Part shown: positions 7,799-15,660 of the stretch, in pieces
How the letters are laid out: the number at the start of each line of letters is the position of its first letter
Position numbering within the stretch: position 1 is the first letter of the stretch
Assembly: GCF_039544265.1 (NCBI RefSeq)
Contig: NZ_BAABLI010000009.1
Coordinates: 47,323 to 71,322 of the forward strand
Length of the DNA: 24,000 bases
From: Corallincola platygyrae
GTDB lineage: Bacteria > Pseudomonadota > Gammaproteobacteria > Enterobacterales > Neiellaceae
Direction: 5' to 3'
Program-made: the position numbers and the translations under genes
Notes under the pieces: model-generated
What the model saw: the letters and a program-made list of their open reading frames with translations, nothing else
What the model was told of the DNA's origin: nothing
Database searches by the model: none

Positions 7799-8599
7799 TT
7801 AGCTATCTGGCTTCTGGCTGACCGAAGCCCGGTGTTTGGATTGCTGGGTCAGCACCCAGAGTGCCAGGTACTTGTTGAAGACGTAATGGGTTGATTGGCA
7901 CGCCAGCAGAAAGCCGTGTTTGCCATCCAGAAATCCCAGCTGGAAGAAATACTTCTTCACAAAACAGGCCAGGCTGTGGCCGACAATGCCAAACACGCCA
8001 GTGCGTTTGCCTTTGGCAAACTTAGCCTGACCCCAGTCGTTTGCGTAGCGCAGTGATTTGGCCATGTAGCCGTGGAATTCGTCCGCGGTGTAGTGCAGCA
8101 AGTCACCGCTGAGTGGCTTCACCTTAGACTTTTCGACATTCACTTTTTCATGCACCAGCGCGTCATCGTACTGATATCTGTCTTTGGCGTAGAGTCTGAC
8201 CACACGATCTGGATACCAACCGCTGTGGCGAATAAAGCGGCCAAAAAAATCAGTCAGACGAGGCACGCTGTAAGCAAAGTCCGGTTCTGGTTGCGCCAAT
8301 ACCGCTTCGATAGAGCGACGCAACTCTGGCGTTACTACTTCATCACTGTCGAGCCAAAACACCCAATCTGAGCTGACCTCTGATTGCGCTCGCTGCCGCT
8401 GCGGACCGAAACCGGGCCAGCCTTCACTTTGTACTATTTTGGCGCCAGCAGCTTTCGCTATTTCAAGGGTGCCGTCAGTACTGCCGCTGTCTACGATGAC
8501 TACCTCGTCTGCCCAGCCCACACTGGCCAGACAGGCCTTAAAACGTGGACCGGCATTTTTGGTAATCAGTGCGACGGTGAGTGAGGCGCGGGCGCTCAT
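7799..8599 (-). CDS. GT2 family LPS core glycosyltransferase (WaaE/KdtX-like)
   Basis: 266 aa. LTVALITKN...CLASVGWADEVVIVDSGSTDGTLEIAKAAGAKIV and a DSDE acceptor/metal motif match the short GT-A core transferases found next to heptosyltransferase genes. The start overlaps the waaF stop (ATGA). Confidence 0.7.
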   Translation of the reverse strand: MSARASLTVALITKNAGPRFKACLASVGWADEVVIVDSGSTDGTLEIAKAAGAKIVQSEGWPGFGPQRQRAQSEVSSDWVFWLDSDEVVTPELRRSIEAVLAQPEPDFAYSVPRLTDFFGRFIRHSGWYPDRVVRLYAKDRYQYDDALVHEKVNVEKSKVKPLSGDLLHYTADEFHGYMAKSLRYANDWGQAKFAKGKRTGVFGIVGHSLACFVKKYFFQLGFLDGKHGFLLACQSTHYVFNKYLALWVLTQQSKHRASVSQKPDS

Positions 8600-9633
8600 G
8601 CATCAGCTCCGGCAGGATTAGTTACTGCATCAAAAACGCGTTCGACGCTGATCTGCTTGAGACAGTTGTAATGGCCCAGTGGGCAGGTTTTCTCAAAACA
8701 GGGAGAGCACTCCAGCCCAAGGCATATGATTTCATTGTTTTCACTGAGCGGCGGCGTGAAGTCTGGGCTGGATGAGCCGTAAATCGCGACGGTATAAACG
8801 CCGGTAGCGGCGGCAACATGCATCAAGCCAGAGTCATGGGTGACGACTGCATCGGCCATGCTGAACAGGTCGATGGTGTCTGCCAGTTTGGTTTTACCGC
8901 AGAAGTTGTAAAGATGCGGCATCCCCTCTGGCGCGATCTGCTCGGCGGCGTCATTTTCCTTCGGGGAGCCTATCACCCACACCTGATAGCCCTTTTCTAC
9001 CAGTTTCAACGCAAGCTCGGCGTGATAGTCGACCGGCCACTGCTTGGCCGGGCCGTACTCAGCGCCGGGGCAGATGCAGACAATGGGGCGGTCGGAGGAC
9101 AATTCGAATCGGTTCATCAAATCGAATCGGTTTGCCGTATCGATTTCTAACGCTGGTGGCTCAATCTCATATGATTCTTCGGCAGCTTCTTGGGCGCTCA
9201 CGCCCATGGAAAGAAACCGCTTAACCGTCATATCGTTGATCTTGCCATCAACCACGGTGGGTTTACGTTTGCGTACGTCGGTCAGCATCCAGTTGCGCAG
9301 TTCACCACCAAAACCGACTCGCTCAGGAATATCGGCAAAGTAGGGCACAAGTGCCGACTTGAACGAGCGCGGCAGTACAATGCCTTTATCATACTTACGG
9401 TCGCGTAATGACTTACCGAGAGCACGGCGGCCACCAAAAGCAAACTCACCATGGCCAAACGGCAGGTCGATGGTATCGTTCACCTCTGGCATACGCGCCA
9501 GAATTGGCAATGAGAAGGTGGGAGCGACGACATCAATCACCGCTTCCGCATCGCTGTTTTTGAGATGCTTAAACAGGCTTTGTGCCATCACCATATCGCC
9601 TACCCAGGCAGGCCCAACTACGAGATATTTCAT
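8596..9633 (-). CDS. waaF: ADP-heptose:LPS heptosyltransferase II
   Basis: 345 aa, alignable by eye along its length with E. coli WaaF. Examples: MKYLVVGPAWVGDMVMAQSLF vs MKILVIGPSWVGDMMMSQSLY; SFKSALVPYFA; CPGAEYGPAKQWP; HDSGLMHVAAA; YGSSSPDFTPPLS. Confidence 0.85.
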   Translation of the reverse strand: MKYLVVGPAWVGDMVMAQSLFKHLKNSDAEAVIDVVAPTFSLPILARMPEVNDTIDLPFGHGEFAFGGRRALGKSLRDRKYDKGIVLPRSFKSALVPYFADIPERVGFGGELRNWMLTDVRKRKPTVVDGKINDMTVKRFLSMGVSAQEAAEESYEIEPPALEIDTANRFDLMNRFELSSDRPIVCICPGAEYGPAKQWPVDYHAELALKLVEKGYQVWVIGSPKENDAAEQIAPEGMPHLYNFCGKTKLADTIDLFSMADAVVTHDSGLMHVAAATGVYTVAIYGSSSPDFTPPLSENNEIICLGLECSPCFEKTCPLGHYNCLKQISVERVFDAVTNPAGADA

Positions 9634-9669
9634 TAACGCGACTTCTTGCTCATTGGTATTATTTCAAGA

Positions 9670-10611
9670 CTACTTGTTCAGCCAAGCCAGGTACTCAGCG
9701 ACGCCAGCGGCCACATCTTTGAACGGCTTGTCGTAGCCTGCATCACGCAATAGTCCCATATCCGCTTCGGTAAAACTTTGATAGCGGCCCTTGAGATGAT
9801 CTGGGAACGGAATATATTCCACTTCACCTTTGCCATGATAGTTGATCACCGCTTCGGCAACTGCCTGGAAGGGTTCCGCCGCGCCTGTGCCCAGGTTGTA
9901 GATCCCAGATGGCGCCTTGCTCTGCCAGCACCAGAGGTTAACGTCACACACATCGCCAACATAGACAAAATCGCGGGTCTGGCCACCGTTGCTGTAGCCG
10001 TCACAGCCTTCAAACAGTTTTGGATTTTCGCCGGCTTTAACCTGATTATTCAGGTGGAAAGCGACACTCGCCATGCTGCCTTTATGCTGTTCACGCGGCC
10101 CATACACATTGAAATAGCGGAAGCCGATCACCTGACTGTCGATTTCTGGCAGTAGACGACGCACATACTGGTCAAATAGGAACTTGGAGTAGCCATAAAC
10201 GTTAAGGGGCTTTTCGTTGGCTCGGTCCTCTTTGAATACTGGGCCCATGCCGTAAACGGAGGCTGAAGAGGCGTATAGGAAAGGGATTTGACGATCCAGG
10301 CAGTAATGCAAAAGATCTTTCGAGTACTGGTAGTTCACATCCATCATGAACTTGCCATCCCACTCTGTGGTTGCTGAGCAGGCGCCTTCATGGAACACAG
10401 CTTCAACATCGCCGAAGGATTCACCCGCGACTATCATGCCGAGGAATTCGTCTTTATCCATGTAATCGGCGATCTCACAATCCACCAGATTCACAAACTT
10501 GGTGCCATCTTTAAGATCATCTACGACCAAAATGTCGTCGCAACCTGCCTGGTTAAGGCTTTTTACCAGATTACTACCGATGAAACCGGCTCCACCTGTG
10601 ACAATAATCAT
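9670..10611 (-). CDS. hldD: ADP-L-glycero-D-manno-heptose 6-epimerase
   Basis: [20 protein letters not shown]... is near-identical in pattern to E. coli HldD/RfaD (Rossmann GxxGxxG, SDR-type). The tracked ORF extends 5 codons upstream to the ATG at 10626. The ATG at 10611 matches the conserved N-terminus and has a GGCGGAA-type weak SD. Confidence 0.93.
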   Translation of the reverse strand: MIIVTGGAGFIGSNLVKSLNQAGCDDILVVDDLKDGTKFVNLVDCEIADYMDKDEFLGMIVAGESFGDVEAVFHEGACSATTEWDGKFMMDVNYQYSKDLLHYCLDRQIPFLYASSASVYGMGPVFKEDRANEKPLNVYGYSKFLFDQYVRRLLPEIDSQVIGFRYFNVYGPREQHKGSMASVAFHLNNQVKAGENPKLFEGCDGYSNGGQTRDFVYVGDVCDVNLWCWQSKAPSGIYNLGTGAAEPFQAVAEAVINYHGKGEVEYIPFPDHLKGRYQSFTEADMGLLRDAGYDKPFKDVAAGVAEYLAWLNK

Positions 10612-10644
10612 GTGCTGTTCCGCCAAACTGTTAACTAAATCAGG

Positions 10645-10681
10645 ATTATGACTATCTATTTTGCCTCAAGTGCCCCTCAAG
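10645..10681 (-). promoter_or_regulatory. Candidate hldD-operon promoter: tandem heptamer CTTGAGG-n4-CTTGAGG (11-bp phasing) plus CATAAT -10
   Basis: The minus strand reads tCTTGAGGggcaCTTGAGGcaaaatagatagtCATAATcctg. The repeats are at 10664..10670 and 10675..10681. The -10-like hexamer is at 10645..10650, 13 nt from the proximal repeat and about 30 nt upstream of the hldD ATG. Confidence 0.3.
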
Positions 10682-10762
10682 AGGAAAATAAGTCTTGCCG
10701 TCGCAGTTTAGTTGAACGGACAGATTTCAGGGATGTAAGCACACCATCGGCGACCCCAAATA

Positions 10763-11431
10763 ATGAAAACTAAAGATCGCATCATTCAGGCCAGTCTTGA
10801 ATTGTTCAATAAGCATGGCGAGCGCGCCATGACGACAAACCATATTGCCGCACATCTGGGTATTAGCCCCGGTAACCTCTATTACCATTTTCGTAATAAA
10901 GAGGACATTATTCGCCGCATCTTTAAAGAGTATGTGCATCACATCGACCGCAGTTTCCAGCCGCGGGATGATGGCAGCGTCTCTTTGGAAGTGATGATGG
11001 CGTATCTCGATGAGATATTTGAGAGCATGTGGCGCTTCCGATTTTTCTACAGCAATCTGCCGGAGTTGCTTAGCCGCGATCCGGAGCTTCAAGCCCAATA
11101 CCTACCGCTGCAGGAAAAACTGGCAAAGCGCGTTATAGCGATCTTGTCGATGTTGCAAAAAGCAGGTGCGTTGAACGTTAAAGAGGATGACTTGGCGGAT
11201 TTGGCCCATACGGTAAAGATTGTGGTGACATTCTGGATCAGCTACCAGACGACACAGGCACCGGATGTACAGATCACCCGCGCCACCATTTATGCCGGGG
11301 TTTTGAAAGTTCTGTTTATTCTTAAGCCTTATTTCGCATCTGAGTATCTGCCCGCAATGGAGCGACTACAGCGCCATTACCGCAAGCTTGCTGAGCCGCG
11401 TGTTGAGCCAGCTAAAGTGAGTTTTCCATGA
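10763..11431 (+). CDS. TetR/AcrR family transcriptional regulator
   Basis: 222 aa. The N-terminal HTH RIIQASLELFNKHGERAMTTNHIAAHLGISPGNLYYHFRNKEDII is a textbook TetR_N domain. The stop overlaps the next gene start (ATGA at 11428..11431). Confidence 0.85.
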   Translation: MKTKDRIIQASLELFNKHGERAMTTNHIAAHLGISPGNLYYHFRNKEDIIRRIFKEYVHHIDRSFQPRDDGSVSLEVMMAYLDEIFESMWRFRFFYSNLPELLSRDPELQAQYLPLQEKLAKRVIAILSMLQKAGALNVKEDDLADLAHTVKIVVTFWISYQTTQAPDVQITRATIYAGVLKVLFILKPYFASEYLPAMERLQRHYRKLAEPRVEPAKVSFP

Positions 11432-12276
11432 CGCCAAAACTACTGCCTTTATTGTTAGTGGGGGTATCTCTGCTAAGCGGCTGTCTTCCTACGCCTGAAG
11501 GGTATGAAGACCCTTATTCGCTATCTCAGGGTATTAAAGAGTCTGGGATGACAGATACCCGGATGAATGAAGAATTTTCACTGGCTAAATGGCGTCCTAA
11601 GAAAATCCTCGTTTTGCCCGTCAACTCTTCGGTTATGTCTAATAGCTTGGGTGGTTTGTCATTACACTCAGACCAATCAGCTGCTATGAACTTTCGAGAG
11701 CTAAAATTGCTCACCGAGCAAGCGCTTGTTAAGAGAGGGTATGTTATCGCAGAGGATATGGGTAACAATCCGGTTAGCCTTTTTGATATTGGTTGTCCGC
11801 TGGGCGAAGACTATGCAAGCATTCGCACCAAGCTATTTATGCCAAATAAGATTGACATCGAAGAGGCTGACAGTTTTGAAGCTGCGTTAAATCGCTTCAG
11901 CCCAGAGTGTATTTCGCGATCAGATGTGGATGCCATTTTTATCGTCAAATATGCCAAATGGTATGTTGATGACGAAGCTAAAAACGCCGATTTCGCTGTT
12001 AATTTAGCAACTGCTTTAATCGCTGGAGCCATCGGTGCCAACACTACCTCTACAGTTAATCATCGCGAAGGTGAGTACTTTGAAAGTGCAATGTTTAGCA
12101 TGGATGGAAATCTGCTTTGGAGCCGGGTGACTTTTAATGAATTTCACTTCGATGGTGGCGTTATTGATTGGAGTTTAGAGCAGCTACCTAATTTCAATGA
12201 GACTGCACCCGAAATGAGAACGCGGATAATAAAGCAGATGATGGGCTGCGATCGCCCCGGGACTGTCTGCTATTGA
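11428..12276 (+). CDS. Lipoprotein of unknown function
   Basis: 282 aa. Signal peptide with lipobox MTPKLLPLLLVGVSLLSG|C. Translationally coupled to the TetR gene. No catalytic motif recognised. Confidence 0.7.
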   Translation: MTPKLLPLLLVGVSLLSGCLPTPEGYEDPYSLSQGIKESGMTDTRMNEEFSLAKWRPKKILVLPVNSSVMSNSLGGLSLHSDQSAAMNFRELKLLTEQALVKRGYVIAEDMGNNPVSLFDIGCPLGEDYASIRTKLFMPNKIDIEEADSFEAALNRFSPECISRSDVDAIFIVKYAKWYVDDEAKNADFAVNLATALIAGAIGANTTSTVNHREGEYFESAMFSMDGNLLWSRVTFNEFHFDGGVIDWSLEQLPNFNETAPEMRTRIIKQMMGCDRPGTVCY

Positions 12277-12289
12277 GGACTCAGACGCT

Positions 12290-13132
12290 ATGCTCCCAGT
12301 TATTTCTGTAGAAGCCCTGGCGGCGTTAATTGGTCAACCAGAACTGGTGATTTTTGATGCCACCATGCTGATGCCGACGCCCCAAGGAAAGGTTGCTTAT
12401 CAACCATCCGAGATGATTCCTGGCGCCAAATACTTCAATTTTGATACCGAGATTTGTGATAAATCGGCATCACTTCCTCACATGATGCCCCCTGCAGATC
12501 AGTTTCAGGCACAGGTGCGTGAGCTGGGCGTAAATCAGGATAGTCATATTGTTGTGTATGACACATTGGGGCTGTTTTCTGCAGCTAGAGCTTGGTGGAT
12601 GTTCCGCGCCATGGGCCATAAAAAGGTACAGGTATTAGACGGTGGATTACCAGCGTGGAAAGCCGCAGGCTCACCCACCACCGATGACATGGTCACAACA
12701 CTGGATTCAGGTAACTTTGTTGCCAAGCCTCAAGTCGGAATATTCTGTGATGCTGCGGTAGTCCTCGAAGCGCTTAACCAAGAAGAAGTATGTGTGTTGG
12801 ACGCCAGAGGGCGAGAGCGCTTTTTAGGTCAGGCCGCTGAACCTCGTCCTGGTATGCGCTCGGGTCATATGCCGGGCGCCAAAAACCTTCCTTTTGCCTC
12901 TCTGCTAAATGCAGACGGCACATTAAAACCTATCGAGCAATTAAGGCCGCTGTTTGAGCCTCAGGCTGGTGATGCTGAGAAATTTATCTTTAGCTGTGGC
13001 TCTGGTGTCACCGCCTGTATTCTTGCTTTGGTCGCTGAACTGCTCGGACATCACAGCCTGACGGTTTATGATGGCTCATGGAGCGAGTGGGGCAGTCGGC
13101 AAGATTTACCTGTCACGCAGGATGAACCTTGA
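12290..13132 (+). CDS. sseA: 3-mercaptopyruvate sulfurtransferase (tandem rhodanese)
   Basis: 280 aa, alignable by eye with E. coli SseA. Examples: PGAKYFNFD; LPHMMPPADQF; ELGVNQDSHIVVYD; FSAARAWWMFRAMG; EPRPGMRSGHMPGAKN; active-site loop SCGSGVTA; YDGSWSEWG. Confidence 0.85.
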   Translation: MLPVISVEALAALIGQPELVIFDATMLMPTPQGKVAYQPSEMIPGAKYFNFDTEICDKSASLPHMMPPADQFQAQVRELGVNQDSHIVVYDTLGLFSAARAWWMFRAMGHKKVQVLDGGLPAWKAAGSPTTDDMVTTLDSGNFVAKPQVGIFCDAAVVLEALNQEEVCVLDARGRERFLGQAAEPRPGMRSGHMPGAKNLPFASLLNADGTLKPIEQLRPLFEPQAGDAEKFIFSCGSGVTACILALVAELLGHHSLTVYDGSWSEWGSRQDLPVTQDEP

Positions 13133-13244
13133 TATTGACTCAGTCTGCTCTGACCTGCGAATTCTCAGCCTTATTTTCAGTTCAACTATGCTATAAACAG
13201 CGCCGCATTTTCTTTATCAACAAAAGTGCTGTAGGAGCCTGAGC

Positions 13245-13526
13245 TTGCTGGTTGAACGCATCAAACACATCACCAATCCCAATTTTGAAAAAGCTGACGG
13301 TACGCCTCTGATTATTAAGCGGCGTGAAGGCGTGATTATCGCGGTAAGAACTGAGCAGCCTGAACGGTTATATCGGGTGTCGGCCGCTGTCGGGCGTGAT
13401 GATGAGGGCAAGCCGCTAGGCTTTGTGAAAGTGACGCTGGACCATGTCGAGGACGCCCGAGAAGGCGCCCTGTTTGCCTGGCAAACGGCCTGCAAGCAGG
13501 CCAAACGAAAAACAGGCCAATCTTAA
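13245..13526 (+). CDS. Hypothetical small protein (93 aa)
   Basis: TTG start preceded by AGGAG with a 7-nt spacer (13233..13237). The antisense ORF 13217..13504 is S/R/T-rich shadow-like sequence. No recognisable domain. Confidence 0.5.
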   Translation: MLVERIKHITNPNFEKADGTPLIIKRREGVIIAVRTEQPERLYRVSAAVGRDDEGKPLGFVKVTLDHVEDAREGALFAWQTACKQAKRKTGQS

Positions 13527-13557
13527 CGCGCGTTGATGTAAGGCGTATTCACGCGCG
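13527..13557. terminator. GC-rich hairpin (CGCGCGT / ACGCGCG, 7-bp stem, 17-nt loop) between convergent genes
   Basis: Read from the sequence. It starts 1 nt after the plus-strand TAA (13524..13526) and overlaps the 3' end of the minus-strand gene. A T6 run follows on the plus strand at ~13562..13567. Confidence 0.3.
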
Positions 13558-14154
13558 CTTGTCGTTTTTTCTGCGGCATGTCAGCAGGCTTAAGCCCAAT
13601 AGGCATAGGGTGACAGCTGCTGGCGCAGGTACGTCGATATCTGCGCGGGTGTTAGTAAACGAAAAGCTCAGATCATTAAAGTCGAATGGGCCGTTAAACA
13701 GGTCTTCAAAGCTCACTAAAGTCTCACCCGGCTGCCACTCAGACTGGACCCGTGCATGGGCTTGGCCGTCTGGATTGCGTGTGCTGTCGCCGGTGAAAAA
13801 CTGATAGCTGGTGTCATTGACGTTTAATCTGAAGATCAGCTCGTCACCCGCGTCAAATGAGCCCAGATCCAGCGTATCGCCAATATTCGACGCGTGATTG
13901 TTAAAGATAAATAGGTCGTTGCTGGTATCGCCATCGTCACCCGGGTTGCCAAACGCATCTAGCATCAGATACAGGTCGTTGCTGTAATCTGCTGAATTTC
14001 CAAGATAAGTCGCAACCACAGAACCCGTCTGCTTCACCACCACGCCCAGTCCTTCAGTGCCGGGATCTGCAATGGGAAAAGCAAAAGCGAGTTTGCAGGT
14101 CAGCATAAGTGGGAGTGCGGTAAGCGAGATCAGTGATTTCATTTTAATATCCAT
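13549..14154 (-). CDS. Secreted DUF4114-like protein with PEP-CTERM-like C-terminal sorting signal
   Basis: The N-terminal signal peptide (MKSLISLTALPLMLTCKLAFA) starts after a 4-residue MDIK extension; the internal ATG at 14142 may be the true start. Central region resembles DUF4114 as I recall it (LFIFNNHASNIGDTLDLGSFDAGDELIFRL...NPDGQAHARV). The C-terminus is DVPAPAAVTLCLLGLSLLTCRRKNDKRA: a P-x-P motif, a hydrophobic helix and a basic tail. Confidence 0.6.
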   Translation of the reverse strand: MDIKMKSLISLTALPLMLTCKLAFAFPIADPGTEGLGVVVKQTGSVVATYLGNSADYSNDLYLMLDAFGNPGDDGDTSNDLFIFNNHASNIGDTLDLGSFDAGDELIFRLNVNDTSYQFFTGDSTRNPDGQAHARVQSEWQPGETLVSFEDLFNGPFDFNDLSFSFTNTRADIDVPAPAAVTLCLLGLSLLTCRRKNDKRA

Positions 14155-14279
14155 AACTACAACATCAGTAAGCGGATAAAAACCATAAAGAAAAAATGGT
14201 TAAATTTCGAGCTGAAGTGTTTAAAATTTGAACCAAGCTCAAATTAAAGTTATTCCTAAACAAAGAGTTAGGCACATCC

Positions 14280-14645
14280 ATGGAACAGCGCCAAACAGAG
14301 CATCTGTTTGTATATGGCACACTGATGCCGGGCGAAAGCAATCACCATTACCTGCAATCGGTTCCGGGTAAATGGCAACCGGCGGCTGTTATTGGTTGTT
14401 TTGCAAAGAGTGGTAGTGGCATCAACCGTGGATATCCGGTGCTACGTTTATCGGGTGCTAATTTATCGGGTATACATGTTGAGCGGGTGGAGGGCTGGTT
14501 ACTTAGTTCAAAACAACTCAGGTTTTTGTGGCCCAGATTGGATAGGTTTGAAGGGCCTGGCTATCGACGCGTGCGATGTTTGGCAATAGTAAGAGCGGGC
14601 ACCGAAGTGCCCGCTTGGATATATGAATCTTTATTCGGGCCCTAG
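14280..14645 (+). CDS. Gamma-glutamylcyclotransferase-like (AIG2/GGACT family) protein
   Basis: 121 aa. N-terminal LFVYGTLMPGESNHHYL matches the YGTL signature. LDRFEG...YRR carries the family catalytic Glu context. Confidence 0.75.
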   Translation: MEQRQTEHLFVYGTLMPGESNHHYLQSVPGKWQPAAVIGCFAKSGSGINRGYPVLRLSGANLSGIHVERVEGWLLSSKQLRFLWPRLDRFEGPGYRRVRCLAIVRAGTEVPAWIYESLFGP

Positions 14646-14661
14646 CCCAGAACAACTGCTG

Positions 14662-15660
14662 TTAATAGTACTTCAGGTCCTGCACCTTGCCCCAGAATAC
14701 GCGGTAGGAGAAAAAGGTGTAGAGCAGGATCACTGGCACCACCACAATCGCCCCCCACAGAATAAACTGCAGGCTTTCCGGCGCACTGGCTGACTCCCAG
14801 ATGGTCAGCTTACCCGGCACGATATATGGGAAGAAGCTGTACCCCAGACCGCTGAAGCAGAACATAAAGATAAACATAGCGCCGATAAACGGCAGCCAGC
14901 AGCCTTTGTCCTCATCCAGTGGGAAACGCTTAAGCACCTGGTCAACCACCGCAAACAGGGCAAAACAAACCACAGGGATCGCCCAAACAAACAGCGCATT
15001 CGGGAAGCTCAACCAACGATTGAGAATATCTGGGTTAACCAATGGATTCATCGCACATACCGCCAGTACCCCAGAAAAACAGATCCAGCCAGCACGGCGT
15101 GCCCATCTTGCAGCACGCAATTGCAGCTCGTCAGAGGTTTTCATCACCAACCAGGCGGCGCCGATGTAGCAGTATGCTGCGGCGACACCAAAGGCCGCCA
15201 AGGCGCTAAACATATAAGCGGTTAGGCTATGCTCGAAGCCCATCACGTACATACCCAGCATATAACCCTGGGCAAGAGCGGTTATCAATGAACCTGCCTT
15301 AAAGGTCTTATCCCATGTTGGTTTGTTGGAAACCGCCACTTTGGCGCGAAAGTCGAAAGCGACACCACGCATAATCAGGCCGATTAACATGATAGCCGCT
15401 GGGATATATAGCTCTTTCAGGACCACGGAGTGAGCTTCAGGGAAGGCGATTAGCAGCAGACCAATGGCCAGTACCAGCCAGGTTTCATTGGCATCCCAGA
15501 ACGGACCAATGGATGCGATCATACTGTCTGCCTGGGCTTCATTTTCCAGCGGCAGCATGATACCAACCCCCAGATCATAACCATCCAGAATGGCGTAGAT
15601 AAGCACTGCCAGCCCCATCAGGCCGACAAAAATAGCGGGTAACCAATCTGCTGGGATCAT
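14662..15660 (-). CDS. cydB: Cytochrome bd-type quinol oxidase subunit II (CIO-type)
   Basis: 332-aa polytopic membrane protein. WFVGLMGLAVLIYAILDGYDLGVG and WDANETW motifs are typical of CydB/CioB. The start overlaps the subunit I stop by 4 nt. Confidence 0.9.
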   Translation of the reverse strand: MIPADWLPAIFVGLMGLAVLIYAILDGYDLGVGIMLPLENEAQADSMIASIGPFWDANETWLVLAIGLLLIAFPEAHSVVLKELYIPAAIMLIGLIMRGVAFDFRAKVAVSNKPTWDKTFKAGSLITALAQGYMLGMYVMGFEHSLTAYMFSALAAFGVAAAYCYIGAAWLVMKTSDELQLRAARWARRAGWICFSGVLAVCAMNPLVNPDILNRWLSFPNALFVWAIPVVCFALFAVVDQVLKRFPLDEDKGCWLPFIGAMFIFMFCFSGLGYSFFPYIVPGKLTIWESASAPESLQFILWGAIVVVPVILLYTFFSYRVFWGKVQDLKYY

